Positions 18,253-28,739 of a DNA stretch of 64,000 bases are shown here, in pieces (within the stretch, counting starts at the first letter, position 1; each line of letters opens with the position of its first letter). The stretch covers positions 1,610,914-1,674,913 of the forward strand of contig CAVWBO010000007.1 of NCBI GenBank assembly GCA_963753185.1, written 5' to 3'. Source of the stretch: an uncultured Acidimicrobiia bacterium. Lineage in GTDB: Bacteria > Actinomycetota > Acidimicrobiia > Spongiisociales > UBA5794. The notes under the pieces are model-generated. The model did no database searches, was not told the origin of the DNA, and saw nothing but the letters and a program-made list of their open reading frames with translations. The translations under genes were made by a program, and so were the position numbers.

Positions 18253-19734
18253 GTGGCAGCGACGCTCGGGCAGATCGCAGACACCCTCGGGATCCAGATC
18301 GAATCCGCCGACCGATCCGTGATCGTCACCGACGTCACCCATGATTCACGTGCCGTGGCCGAGGGATGCCTCTTCGTCGCCGTGACCGGAGCGCGCCACG
18401 ATGGCCACGCCTTCGTCGGGGCAGCCGTAGCCGCTGGCGCAAGGGCGATCCTCGCCGAGCACCCCATCGACCCAGGGGCAATCGTGCGTCCAATTCCCGT
18501 CCTGGTGGTCACCGATACGCGGGCTGCAATGGCAGCGGCGGCGCGCGAGGTACATGGTCGTCCCGATGAAGTCCTGTCGATCATCGGTGTGACAGGGACG
18601 AACGGCAAGACGACGGTCACCCACATGTGTGAGGCCGTATGGGAGTCCGTCGGGCGCCCTCACGGGATCGTCGGAACGCTCGGTTCCCGGTTCGCAGGCA
18701 CCCCCGTTCCTCTCAGCCGTACGACACCGGAATCCACCGACCTCCAGCGTCTCCTCGGAACCATGCGCGACGCGGGAGTGGAGTCCGTTGCCATGGAGGT
18801 CTCGTCCCACGCGATGGCGCTCCACCGGGCCGACGCGATCCATTTCCGAGCTGTCGGGTTCACGAACCTCACCCAAGACCACCTCGACTTCCATGGGACC
18901 ATGGCGGCCTACCTCGGAGCAAAGAAGGAGCTCTTCGGCCGAGGTCGAGCGGATACGGCGGTCGTGAACGTCACCAACGCGCCAGGTCGGGATGTTGCTG
19001 CGAGCACGCCGCTGCGCGTCATGGCCGTCGGGTGGACAGACGACCTCGCCGTCCATGCGAGCGGGGTGGCGCTGACCCGAACCGGATCGACGTTCACCAT
19101 CACGCATCGAGGCGAACGAGCGACCGTGACGCTTCCCCTGCTCGGGGCCTTCAACGTCGAGAACGCCCTCGTCGCCGTTGGGCTCCTGTTGTGCGACGGC
19201 GTCGACCTCGACCAGGCGGCAGCTGGTCTCGCGACGATGCGGCCGATACCCGGTCGAATGGAAGTCGTTGGCCACGAACACGATGTCACCGTCGTCGTCG
19301 ACTACGCGCACACACCGGACGCGATCGAGTCCGTCCTCGGCACGGTCGCGGACATGTCGTTCGCGAGGACGATCGTCGTTCTCGGGGCGGGGGGCGACAG
19401 AGACCAGGGAAAGCGCTCGGCGATGGGCTCGGCGGCGGCCAGGGGTTCTGACATCACGATCGTCACGACAGACAATCCGCGATCGGAGGACCCTGTCGCG
19501 ATCGCTCGCGTGGTCCAGGAAGGAGCGCTGTCGGCACGCGCAGGTGATGTGCGTGTCGTCATCGACAGGCGCGAAGCGATCGACGCTGCGATCAGGATCG
19601 CGACACCAGGCGATATCGTCCTCATCCTGGGGAGGGGTCACGAGCCAGACCAGGAGATCGCAGGCCTCATGCATCCGTTCGATGATCGGGCGGTGGCACG
19701 TGCTGCGCTGGCAGAGCTGGGAGCGGGGATGTGA
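18253..19734 (+). CDS. murE: UDP-MurNAc-L-Ala-D-Glu:meso-DAP ligase MurE
   Basis: GTG start just after the ftsI stop. Mur ligase P-loop GVTGTNGKTT and the DNPR motif (TTDNPRSE). Confidence 0.85.
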   Translation: MAATLGQIADTLGIQIESADRSVIVTDVTHDSRAVAEGCLFVAVTGARHDGHAFVGAAVAAGARAILAEHPIDPGAIVRPIPVLVVTDTRAAMAAAAREVHGRPDEVLSIIGVTGTNGKTTVTHMCEAVWESVGRPHGIVGTLGSRFAGTPVPLSRTTPESTDLQRLLGTMRDAGVESVAMEVSSHAMALHRADAIHFRAVGFTNLTQDHLDFHGTMAAYLGAKKELFGRGRADTAVVNVTNAPGRDVAASTPLRVMAVGWTDDLAVHASGVALTRTGSTFTITHRGERATVTLPLLGAFNVENALVAVGLLLCDGVDLDQAAAGLATMRPIPGRMEVVGHEHDVTVVVDYAHTPDAIESVLGTVADMSFARTIVVLGAGGDRDQGKRSAMGSAAARGSDITIVTTDNPRSEDPVAIARVVQEGALSARAGDVRVVIDRREAIDAAIRIATPGDIVLILGRGHEPDQEIAGLMHPFDDRAVARAALAELGAGM

Positions 19735-21077
19735 ACGCTTCTACACGTCTCGAATGGCCGATCCAAGCTGTCGCGGCAGCCGTCGCGGGAAGGCTGATCG
19801 GAGGTGGCGAGGCCATCGTCTCGTTTGTCGCGACGGACAGCCGTTCGGACGTCCGCGGTGCGGCATTCGTCGCCATTCGCGGAGATCGATTCGACGGGCA
19901 CGACTTCGTAGCTGCCGCGATCGAAGGAGGCGCCGCAGTGGTGATCGTCGATCGCTCGTATCGAGGGTCCGTTGAGCCGAGGATCGTTGTCGACGATACG
20001 CTGGCTGCCCTCCTCGATCTCGCAGTGAAGCGGCGAGGCGAGCTGACCGTACCGGTGATCGCCATCACCGGATCCACGGGCAAGACCTCGACGAAGGACC
20101 TCGTCACGGCTGGGATCGCGGGCTCCTGGGCTTCGCCGAGGTCGTTCAACAACGAGGTCGGCCTGCCGCTCACCGTCGTGAACACACCGGAAGCTGCGAC
20201 GGCAGTCGTCCTCGAGGTCGGGTCACGAGGGAAGGGACACATAGCCTCGATGCGGGCGGCCATTCGCCCTGACGTCGCGGTCGTCACGAACCTCGGTGTC
20301 GTCCACCTCGAGACCTTCGGATCGGAGGAGGGTCTCGCCAACGCGAAGTACGAACTCATCGAAGCGCTCGGGCCGTCGGGTGTCGCCGTGGTGCCCGACG
20401 ACGAGCCCCGTCTCCAGCGGGGAACCGCGCCCCACCAGCTGACTTTCGGCGAAGGTCGAGGGGACGTGGCCGTTGCGGACATCGTCGTCGATGCACTCGG
20501 ACGTCCGACGTTCTCCCTCAGCGCTGCAGGGACGTCCCACAGGGTGTCGCTCGCCGTCGCAGGAGCGCACCATGCCCGCAACGCCGCCGCTGCCGTCTGC
20601 GTGGCGGTCGCGCTCGAGTATGACGTCAGCGAGTTCGTCGAGCGTTTGTCCGTGGCAGCAGGCTCGGCGTGGCGCATGGAGATCCACGAGGGTCGGTTCA
20701 CGGTCATCAACGACGCGTACAACGCGAACCCACAGTCCGTCGCCTCCGCCCTCGAGACACTCGCGGCGATGGGGGGGGCACGGCGATACGCCGTTCTCGG
20801 GCCGATGGCAGAGCTCGGGCCTGTCTGTGAGACGGCCCATCGGGAGATGGGTCAGCTCGCGTCGCGGCTCGGAATCGACGGGATCATCGTCGTGGGAGTG
20901 GACCACGGCTACGTCATCGGCGCGGGTGCACTCGCCACGAATGCCGTGGATATCGAGGATGCAGCCGATACGCTGCGCGCCGTCGTGGAGCCGGGAGATG
21001 TCGTGTTGGTCAAAGCGTCGCGTTCGGCGGGTCTCGAGCGGCTCGCCATCGCCCTCGCCGAGGAGGCACGACAGTGA
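19731..21077 (+). CDS. murF: UDP-MurNAc-tripeptide:D-Ala-D-Ala ligase MurF
   Basis: GTG overlapping the murE stop; ITGSTGKTSTKD P-loop; Mur ligase family. Confidence 0.85.
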   Translation: MNASTRLEWPIQAVAAAVAGRLIGGGEAIVSFVATDSRSDVRGAAFVAIRGDRFDGHDFVAAAIEGGAAVVIVDRSYRGSVEPRIVVDDTLAALLDLAVKRRGELTVPVIAITGSTGKTSTKDLVTAGIAGSWASPRSFNNEVGLPLTVVNTPEAATAVVLEVGSRGKGHIASMRAAIRPDVAVVTNLGVVHLETFGSEEGLANAKYELIEALGPSGVAVVPDDEPRLQRGTAPHQLTFGEGRGDVAVADIVVDALGRPTFSLSAAGTSHRVSLAVAGAHHARNAAAAVCVAVALEYDVSEFVERLSVAAGSAWRMEIHEGRFTVINDAYNANPQSVASALETLAAMGGARRYAVLGPMAELGPVCETAHREMGQLASRLGIDGIIVVGVDHGYVIGAGALATNAVDIEDAADTLRAVVEPGDVVLVKASRSAGLERLAIALAEEARQ

Positions 21078-22129
21078 TCTCGCTGCTGTTGTCATCGGCG
21101 ATCGCGTTTGCCCTCGTCATCGCTGTCACACCACTTGCGATCCGCTCGCTTCGCCGAAGGAACATCGGCCAGTTCATCCAGTCCGAGGTCGAGGGACACA
21201 TGCACAAGCAGGGCGTTCCGACGATGGGCGGAATCGTGATCATCCTCGGCGCTACGGCCGGCTATCTCTTCGCCCACTACAAGGTGTTCACGTTCGGAAG
21301 CGGGTTCGGCTTCAGCGCCCAGCCGATGGATGACAAGGCCGTTCTCGCCCTCGTCGCCTTGATCGGCATGGGCATGATCGGATTCGCCGACGACTTCACC
21401 AAGTACGCGAGGAAGCGGAACGAGGGCCTTTCGAAGCGATGGAAGTTCTCGGGCCAGCTCGTCATCGCAGGGATCGTTGCCTGGGGTGCCGCCCGTGCGG
21501 GCGTGAGCACCGAACTGTCATTCGTGCGACCACTCGGAATCGACCTGGGACCGGTCCTCTTCTTCCTCCTCGTGCTGTTCCTCTTGACCGCGACCGCGAA
21601 CGGGGTGAACCTCACCGATGGCCTCGACGGTCTCGTGGCGGGGTCCAGTGCGCTCGTGTTCGGAGCGTTCGTCCTCATCGCCTTCTGGCAGTCGAGGAAT
21701 CCCGGCTTCTATTCGGTCGATGGAGCCCTCGACCTTGCCGTGCTCGGTGCGGCACTCCTCGGTGCCGTGCTCGCGTTCTTGTGGTGGAACGCGGCTCCGG
21801 CGAAGATCATCATGGGGGACACCGGCTCACATGCGATCGGCGGTGCGATGGCAGCCTTGGCCATCCTCACGAACACACAGCTTCTCTTGGCCGTCCTCGG
21901 GGGGCTGTACGTGTTGGAGACGCTTTCCGTGATCATCCAGGTGGTCTCGTTCCGGGGCTTCGGACGACGCGTGTTCCGCATGGCGCCGATCCATCACCAC
22001 TTCGAGTTGAAGGGTTGGCCTGAGACGACGGTGATCATCAGGTTCTGGATCCTGTCCGGCATCATGGTCGCGATCGGTGTCGGCCTGTTCTATGCCGACT
22101 GGGTAGCAGGTCCGGGGTCGATCCAATGA
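21074..22129 (+). CDS. mraY: phospho-N-acetylmuramoyl-pentapeptide transferase MraY
   Basis: 10-TM protein with the GVPTMGG motif and a DD motif region. Confidence 0.9.
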   Translation: MISLLLSSAIAFALVIAVTPLAIRSLRRRNIGQFIQSEVEGHMHKQGVPTMGGIVIILGATAGYLFAHYKVFTFGSGFGFSAQPMDDKAVLALVALIGMGMIGFADDFTKYARKRNEGLSKRWKFSGQLVIAGIVAWGAARAGVSTELSFVRPLGIDLGPVLFFLLVLFLLTATANGVNLTDGLDGLVAGSSALVFGAFVLIAFWQSRNPGFYSVDGALDLAVLGAALLGAVLAFLWWNAAPAKIIMGDTGSHAIGGAMAALAILTNTQLLLAVLGGLYVLETLSVIIQVVSFRGFGRRVFRMAPIHHHFELKGWPETTVIIRFWILSGIMVAIGVGLFYADWVAGPGSIQ

Positions 22130-23415
22130 GGTACCTCGTGCTCGGCTCCAGCCTGCGAGGCCTCTCCGATGCGACAGCCCTCGCGCTCGAGGACGGTCAC
22201 AGCGTCGCTGTCTACGACGCCGAGCACCCTGCCTCTGGCGTCGAATTCGAAGGTCCCGTCGAGGTCCTCCCGCGCGAATGGAACCAGGGCAACCTCGACG
22301 GCATCGATCGGGTCATCACGAGTCCGTGGTTCGCGGAGACCACGCCGCCACTTGCGGATGTCCTCGCAGCAGGTATCGATGTCGTCACGGAGGCAGGGTT
22401 TGGCCTCGAGCACCTCTCCCTACCCGTGGTCGCTGTCACGGGGACGAATGGGAAGACGACGGTCACCGAGGTGGCGACGGCGATGCTTCGAGCGTCGGGC
22501 GTCGACGCCCTCGCTGCGGGGAATATCGGCGTCCCTGTCTCATCGATCCGCCAGGGGGATGCCGAGATCCTGGTCCTCGAGCTGTCGTCGTACCAGCTCC
22601 GGTTCATGGACCCCGTCAAGGCTGTCGCTTCGACCGTGCTCAACATCGCACCCGATCACCTCGACTGGCATGGTTCATTCGCGGCGTACGCAGAGGCGAA
22701 GGCTCGAATCGTGCGCGATGCGCCCGCCGATTCGGTGTTCGCGTACGACCCAGGGGATCCGCTTGTGTCGCGAATCGCCACGTCCGCACCATGCAGGACG
22801 GTGCCGTGCTCGGGTACGACGGTGCCGATCAACGGCAACGGCGTCCACGAAGGTGAGATCGTGGTGAACGGACATCGGTATCGGCCGCAGACCGGTGACG
22901 CGTCCTTCCTGTTCGACCTCGTTGTTGCGGCGACCCTGGCATCTGCGTGCGGTGGCACCGTCGAGGGCATCCGGGGAGTGATCGAGGCCTTCGAACCGGG
23001 AGCACATCGCCGGGAGCTGGTTGGGACACTGGACGGCGTGCGCTTCGTCAATGACTCGAAGGCGACCAATCCCCATGCCGTGATGGCTGCGGTGTCGGAG
23101 TTCACATCGGTCGTCCTCCTCGTCGGCGGTCGGAACAAAGGCCTCGATCTCGCACCCCTCGTGTCCATCCCCGGTGTCATCCACCTCATCGCCTTCGGTG
23201 AGGCGGGACCGGAGATCGCAGGGGCGTCATCGGAACCCATCCCCGTCGTGCCGACACTCCGTGCGGCGTTCGCCCTCTCGCTCGCGGTTGCGCAACCGGG
23301 CGACACGGTCCTTCTCTCGCCGGGATGTGCGAGCTTCGACGAGTTCGACTCCTACGCCGCACGGGGGGATGCGTTCAGGGAAATGGTGGCGGCAGCAGGC
23401 GGAGTGGCGGCATGA
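22126..23415 (+). CDS. murD: UDP-MurNAc-L-Ala:D-Glu ligase MurD
   Basis: VTGTNGKTTVTE P-loop; Mur ligase C-terminal domain. Confidence 0.85.
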   Translation: MRYLVLGSSLRGLSDATALALEDGHSVAVYDAEHPASGVEFEGPVEVLPREWNQGNLDGIDRVITSPWFAETTPPLADVLAAGIDVVTEAGFGLEHLSLPVVAVTGTNGKTTVTEVATAMLRASGVDALAAGNIGVPVSSIRQGDAEILVLELSSYQLRFMDPVKAVASTVLNIAPDHLDWHGSFAAYAEAKARIVRDAPADSVFAYDPGDPLVSRIATSAPCRTVPCSGTTVPINGNGVHEGEIVVNGHRYRPQTGDASFLFDLVVAATLASACGGTVEGIRGVIEAFEPGAHRRELVGTLDGVRFVNDSKATNPHAVMAAVSEFTSVVLLVGGRNKGLDLAPLVSIPGVIHLIAFGEAGPEIAGASSEPIPVVPTLRAAFALSLAVAQPGDTVLLSPGCASFDEFDSYAARGDAFREMVAAAGGVAA

Positions 23416-24578
23416 CCGACACCCTCTCGAGCAGGGCACTGCGGCACGCCAGGACACAGGAGCGCGTTCGGTCCGCCGGCGCCAGACGATCCGTGTTCCT
23501 GATGGTCGTCGTCGCGATGCTCGTGACGATCGGACTCGGGGCCATGCTGTCGGCCTCGTCCGTGGTGTCGCTTCGTTCGAGCAGCGATCAATTCGAGCTG
23601 TTCTCGAGGCAGCTGATGTGGGTCGGGCTCGGGCTGTCGGCTCTCGTGATCGCCGCATTCATCCCGTACCGATTCTGGCAGCGTGTGGCGCTTCCACTCT
23701 ATGTCGCGACCCTCCTCGCTCTCGTCGTCACGATCGCGATCGGGGACACCAGGGGTGGGGCGACCCGTTGGATCGTTGTCGGCCCGATCACGATCCAGGC
23801 CGCCGAATTCGCGAAGTTCTCCGTCCTTGCGCTCCTCGCAGCCGTCCTCACGAAGAAAGGGGAACTCCTCTCGAGCCTCGGCCACGTCCTCGCACCACTT
23901 GCTGCCATCATCGGTGCGGTCGGACTCCTGCTGCTCGCACAGCCCGACTTCGGGAACCTCCTCCTGATCGTGCTGCCGGCGTTCGTCATGCTCGCCGTGT
24001 CGACCGTTCCCATGCGTTTCGTCTTCGGTCTCGGCGCGCTTGGCGCAATGGCGATGACGGCACTCGCAATGTCGGCGGACTACCGCAAGGCCCGGCTCCT
24101 CGGATTCCTCGATCCGTTCTCGAATGCACAGGGCTCCGGATTGCAGGCGGTGCAGTCCATGGTCGCTCTGGGGACGGGAGGCCTCTTCGGTGTTGGTCTC
24201 GGGCAGAGCCGCGCGCGCTGGTCGTGGCTGCCGAACGCGCACACGGACTTCATCTTCGCCATCATCGGGGAGGAGACCGGACTCGCCGGAGCCGGGATCG
24301 TCATCACCCTCTTCGCCCTCCTCGCAGTCGTCGGGGTCTCGATAGCATTCCGAGCACCCGAGGGTTTCGGAAGGCTGCTCGCCGTAGGAATCGCCTCGTG
24401 GCTGACGATCCAGGCCCTCGTCAACATCGGCGGCGTTGTCGCCGTGCTCCCGATCACCGGTGTGCCGCTTCCATTCATCTCGAACGGAGGGAATGCAATG
24501 CTGGTCAACCTCTTCGCCATCGGAGTCCTGCTCAACATCAGTCGCTCGTCGGATCGGGCACGGTCGAGCGCAGGATGA
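23412..24578 (+). CDS. ftsW: cell division/peptidoglycan polymerase FtsW (SEDS family)
   Basis: ATG overlapping the murD stop; multi-TM SEDS pattern (GGLFGVGLGQS). Confidence 0.85.
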   Translation: MTDTLSSRALRHARTQERVRSAGARRSVFLMVVVAMLVTIGLGAMLSASSVVSLRSSSDQFELFSRQLMWVGLGLSALVIAAFIPYRFWQRVALPLYVATLLALVVTIAIGDTRGGATRWIVVGPITIQAAEFAKFSVLALLAAVLTKKGELLSSLGHVLAPLAAIIGAVGLLLLAQPDFGNLLLIVLPAFVMLAVSTVPMRFVFGLGALGAMAMTALAMSADYRKARLLGFLDPFSNAQGSGLQAVQSMVALGTGGLFGVGLGQSRARWSWLPNAHTDFIFAIIGEETGLAGAGIVITLFALLAVVGVSIAFRAPEGFGRLLAVGIASWLTIQALVNIGGVVAVLPITGVPLPFISNGGNAMLVNLFAIGVLLNISRSSDRARSSAG

Positions 24579-25660
24579 CTGTGAGCGTCGCGATCGCCGC
24601 CGCTGGATCCGGCGGTCATGTCTTTCCTGCCCTTGCGGTCGCTGACGCCCTCACCGAGCGCGGGCTCCGCCATGAGGATGTGACGTTCTTCGGTGGCGAC
24701 CGGATGGAGGCAACGACCGTTCCGGCGGCCGGCTACCCGTTCGTCGGTGTGGACATCCACGGTTTGCGCAGGAACCTGTCGATCGACAACGTCATGCTTC
24801 CCCTGAGGGTGCTCCGTGCACGATCCGCCATCTCCGCGTCGATCGCGTCGGGTGGCATGCGGGTCATGGTCGTGTTCGGGGGATACATCGCAGGCCCTGC
24901 CGCACTCGCAGCGTCGCGGCAGGGGATTCCCCTCGTCGTGCACGAGGCGAACGCCGTGCCGGGTCTCGCGAATCGGCTGATCGCGCGGAGGGCGAGCGTC
25001 GTCTACACGTCGTTCCCTGCGACGAACGAGCGTCTGGGAGGCGCTGTCACGATCGGCAGTCCCCTCCGGTCGGCATTCGCATCGTTCGATCGGGCTGCTT
25101 CCCGACCGTCGGCACGTGCGAAGTACGGGCTCGCGCCCGATGGCGTCGTCCTCGCCGTCGTCGGCGGAAGCCAGGGGGCCCAGTTCCTCAACGACGTCGC
25201 CAGGGTCCTCGCTACGGACCCTGCGCGGACGTTCGCCATCGTCCATGTCACGGGACCGTCGCACGCAGACGCGGCGACAGCAGAAGCGGGTTCCGTGAGC
25301 GGTTGGATGCCGATACCGTTCGAGGACGACATGATCGACCTGTACGCCGCCGCCGACCTCGTCCTGTCGAGGGCGGGTGCGCTCACGGTGTCCGAGCTGC
25401 AGGCGACCAGAACGCCGTGCGTCGTCGTTCCGCTGCCCGCCGGGGACGCCTATCAGAAGCGCAACGCCGAGGATCTCGTCGCATCGGGTGGAGGAATCGT
25501 CGTCCCGCAGACATCGGTGACCGAGGTCGCGGACGTGGTTCGATCCGTCCTGGCCGATGGCGAGCGGCGCACGGTCATGGCGGCGGCCGTGCCGACCATC
25601 GACCACGCGGCCGCGGCAGCAACGATGGCCGATCGAGTATTGGAGCTTGCAGATGCGTGA
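24575..25660 (+). CDS. murG: UDP-GlcNAc:lipid I GlcNAc transferase MurG
   Basis: ATG overlapping the ftsW stop. N-terminal GGSGGH-like loop (AAAGSGGHVFPALAVA) and a GT28 C-terminal domain. Confidence 0.85.
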   Translation: MTVSVAIAAAGSGGHVFPALAVADALTERGLRHEDVTFFGGDRMEATTVPAAGYPFVGVDIHGLRRNLSIDNVMLPLRVLRARSAISASIASGGMRVMVVFGGYIAGPAALAASRQGIPLVVHEANAVPGLANRLIARRASVVYTSFPATNERLGGAVTIGSPLRSAFASFDRAASRPSARAKYGLAPDGVVLAVVGGSQGAQFLNDVARVLATDPARTFAIVHVTGPSHADAATAEAGSVSGWMPIPFEDDMIDLYAAADLVLSRAGALTVSELQATRTPCVVVPLPAGDAYQKRNAEDLVASGGGIVVPQTSVTEVADVVRSVLADGERRTVMAAAVPTIDHAAAAATMADRVLELADA

Positions 25661-27017
25661 TCCGTCGACCATCCCGAACCGCGTGCACATCGTCGGCGCG
25701 GGAGGCACGGGAATGTCCGGTCTCGCGAAGATCCTCTCACAGCTTGGCCATTCCGTCTCAGGCTCTGACCTGAAGCCGGGTCGGATGCTCGACGTCCTTC
25801 GTGATGTCGGCGTCGAGACCTGGTTGGGCCACGACCCCGCATCGATGGCGGAGGTCGGTGTCGTCGTCCGATCTTCGGCCGTTCCGGCAACCGATCCCGA
25901 GGTCGAAGCGGCGCGCGCCCTCGGGATCGAAGTATGGGACCGACCGCAGCTCCTGTCGCGGTTGACGGCGGAGAACCCCACGATGGGAGTCGCAGGGACC
26001 CACGGCAAGACCACGTCGACGGCGATGATGGTCTCGGCACTACGGGGCATGGGACATGACCCCTCGTTCCTCGTCGGTGGCGAGATCGTCGGCCTCAATA
26101 CGGGTGCACACGTGGGCGACGAGACGTTCGTGCTCGAGGCGGACGAGGCGTTCGGAACCTTCAGACACCTCGACCTCGCGTCGGTGCTCGTGACGAACAT
26201 CGAGGCAGACCACCTCGACTACTACGGGACGATCACCGCCCTCGAAGATGCATTCGGCCAGGTCGTCGACCGTGTCACCGGTCCCAGGGTCGGATGCATC
26301 GACGATGCCGGTGTCAGGCGCCTCGCCCAGCGGGTCGAGCTCACGGGATACGGTGTCTCAGAGGATGCGGAGTTCCGGATCGAGGACCTCGACCATGCCG
26401 GTGGCGGTGTGTCGTTCACGCTGTCAGGACCCGGCGAGCCCGTGAGGGTCGCTCTCTCCAAGCCGGGTATGCACGTCGCGTCCAACGCAGCAGGTGTTGT
26501 CACGATGCTCACGATGCTCGGCTACGACCAGGATGCAGCTGCCACCGCCCTCCGGGGCTTCAGCGGTGTCCGCCGTCGCTATGAAGTGCGCGGCATCGTT
26601 CGCGGCGTCACGGTCGTCGACGACTATGCCCATCACCCGACGGAGGTCGGTGCCACCATCGAGGCCGCAGCACGTGCGACGACGGGCAAGGTCATCGTCG
26701 TGTTCCAGCCGCACCGATACACCCGTACGGCTGATCTCGGTCCGGCGTTCGGGGTGCCCCTTGCACGCGCCGATCACGTCGTCGTGACGGACATCTACTC
26801 GGCAGGAGAGCAGCCGATCATCGGCGTGTCAGGGAGGGTCGTCGTTCAAGCGACAGAGGCGGCCGGCGGAACGGCGTCGTTCGTCCGGGTGCTCGCCGAT
26901 GTTCCCGAATACATCGCATCGATCGCCACCGAAGGCGACACCGTCCTCCTGCTTGGAGCAGGTGACATCACGACGATCGCTGCCGAGGTGACCAAGGCGA
27001 TCGGAGCCAGCCCGTGA
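25653..27017 (+). CDS. murC: UDP-MurNAc:L-Ala ligase MurC
   Basis: VHIVGAGGTGMSGLA N-terminus and GTHGKTTST P-loop. Confidence 0.85.
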   Translation: MRDPSTIPNRVHIVGAGGTGMSGLAKILSQLGHSVSGSDLKPGRMLDVLRDVGVETWLGHDPASMAEVGVVVRSSAVPATDPEVEAARALGIEVWDRPQLLSRLTAENPTMGVAGTHGKTTSTAMMVSALRGMGHDPSFLVGGEIVGLNTGAHVGDETFVLEADEAFGTFRHLDLASVLVTNIEADHLDYYGTITALEDAFGQVVDRVTGPRVGCIDDAGVRRLAQRVELTGYGVSEDAEFRIEDLDHAGGGVSFTLSGPGEPVRVALSKPGMHVASNAAGVVTMLTMLGYDQDAAATALRGFSGVRRRYEVRGIVRGVTVVDDYAHHPTEVGATIEAAARATTGKVIVVFQPHRYTRTADLGPAFGVPLARADHVVVTDIYSAGEQPIIGVSGRVVVQATEAAGGTASFVRVLADVPEYIASIATEGDTVLLLGAGDITTIAAEVTKAIGASP

Positions 27018-27913
27018 TCGCCCACTCCGGCGTCAAACAGGACGTGATCCTCGCTCCGTTCACGACCTACAAGGTGGGTGGCCCTGCACAGTGGTTCGTC
27101 GAGCCGAACGATCTCGAGGAGCTACGGTCGGTCCTCGAGGTGACGCCACCGGGCATCGATATCTGGGTTCTCGGCAGGGGGTCGAACGTCGTCATCTCCG
27201 ACGACGGGTACGACGGTCTCGTGATCAGGCTCGGGCCAGGCTTCTGTGCGTCCGACGTGCGACAGGATGGGAGCGTCGTCGCCGGTGGCGGTCTCTCCCT
27301 ACCCGTGCTTGCGCGCGCTGCCGTCGACGCCGGTCGTGGTGGGCTGGAGTTCTACGTGGGGATTCCCGGCACCGTCGGCGGTGCACTGCGAATGAATGCG
27401 GGCGGTCATGGCTCAGACACGGCCTCCGTCGTCACGAGCGCCCGGATCCTGCGGGTGTCGGGCAGGGTGGTCGACACGGTGCCCGTCGGCGACCTCTCGT
27501 TCTCGTACCGCAGCTCCGCCCTCACCGACGACGACATCGTCGTCCAAGCGACGTTCGCGACGCACGCCATCGATCCGGAGCTCGGGCGGGCGGAGCTGCG
27601 TGAGATCACCCGATGGCGAAAAGCCCATCAGCCCGGCGGCACACTGAACGCCGGAAGCGTCTTCAAGAACCCGCCAGGGGACTCGGCGGGCGCGATCATC
27701 GATCGCCTCGGGTTGAAAGGGACAGGGGTTGGCAGCGTTACGGTGTCCGATGTCCACGCGAATTGGCTCGTGGCGTCGAGTGATGCAACGGCCGGCGACA
27801 TCCATCGCTTCGTCCACCGGATCCGGCGGATCGTCGCCGATCGCGCAGGGATCGAGCTCGAACCTGAGATCCGCTTCGTCGGTCGCTTCCCCGACGACGA
27901 GGTGACACCGTGA
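27014..27913 (+). CDS. murB: UDP-N-acetylenolpyruvoylglucosamine reductase MurB
   Basis: FAD-binding PCMH domain (GRGSNVV) and a MurB C-terminal domain. Located inside the dcw cluster between murC and ftsQ. Confidence 0.8.
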   Translation: MIAHSGVKQDVILAPFTTYKVGGPAQWFVEPNDLEELRSVLEVTPPGIDIWVLGRGSNVVISDDGYDGLVIRLGPGFCASDVRQDGSVVAGGGLSLPVLARAAVDAGRGGLEFYVGIPGTVGGALRMNAGGHGSDTASVVTSARILRVSGRVVDTVPVGDLSFSYRSSALTDDDIVVQATFATHAIDPELGRAELREITRWRKAHQPGGTLNAGSVFKNPPGDSAGAIIDRLGLKGTGVGSVTVSDVHANWLVASSDATAGDIHRFVHRIRRIVADRAGIELEPEIRFVGRFPDDEVTP

Positions 27914-28677
27914 CGTCGATGGACTCACGGGTCGCGGATCGTCGTAGGGGAGTGTCCGAGGACAAAGCCCGGAAGCGACTCCGATGGATCCTGATCCTCC
28001 TGATCGTCCTTCTCGTGTCCGGTGCATCGATATGGCTCATCCGGTCGCCGCTGCTGTCGATCTCGAAGGTCGAGATCACGGGTGTCGTCAAGTCCGACCC
28101 GGCCGAGCCGATCACCGAGCTCGCGATGGGAGTCGGGCGTCCCACCATCGATGTCGATGCGGGTGCGCTCGAGCGCGCGATCGAGGACGATCCCTGGGTG
28201 GCGGATGCGTCGGTGTCCGTGATGTGGCCGGGCACGCTCGTCGTCGACATCGTGGAGCACACCGCCGTCGCTCCCGTGCGGTACGGCGATCGCTGGATGC
28301 TTGCGGCCGTCGAAGGTGCCGTGATCGTCGATGCGGGCGATCCGGGTTCGGGTCCACGCATCGAGATCGACCTCGAGGGAACCGGTCCCGGAGCAACGAC
28401 CACCGATAGGCGGATCATCGGTGCCCTCGCCTTCGTCGATGCGACTGCGATCGACCTCAGGGAAGGTCTGCGTGTGTCAGCAGATGGGGATTCGCTGACG
28501 GCGGTCGTCGACGGCCACGTCGTGCGCCTCGGTCGGCCCGTCGACATGGCCATGAAGGCTGCCGTCCTCGAGAGCCTCATCGCGCAGGGCCTCGAACCCG
28601 GTGCGTTCGTCGACCTGATCGCGCCCAGCCGACCGGCAGTCCTGAACCCTCCATCTCAACAAGAGGGTGAGGAATAG
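27910..28677 (+). CDS. ftsQ: cell division protein FtsQ/DivIB
   Basis: Single TM ([19 protein letters not shown]) followed by POTRA-like and FtsQ beta domains. Confidence 0.75.
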   Translation: MTSMDSRVADRRRGVSEDKARKRLRWILILLIVLLVSGASIWLIRSPLLSISKVEITGVVKSDPAEPITELAMGVGRPTIDVDAGALERAIEDDPWVADASVSVMWPGTLVVDIVEHTAVAPVRYGDRWMLAAVEGAVIVDAGDPGSGPRIEIDLEGTGPGATTTDRRIIGALAFVDATAIDLREGLRVSADGDSLTAVVDGHVVRLGRPVDMAMKAAVLESLIAQGLEPGAFVDLIAPSRPAVLNPPSQQEGEE

Positions 28678-28739
28678 GTGCAACACGAAGGTCGACTGCA
28701 CCGGTAAGGTTGCCGGGCCACACGGGAGAGGTGACCAAT

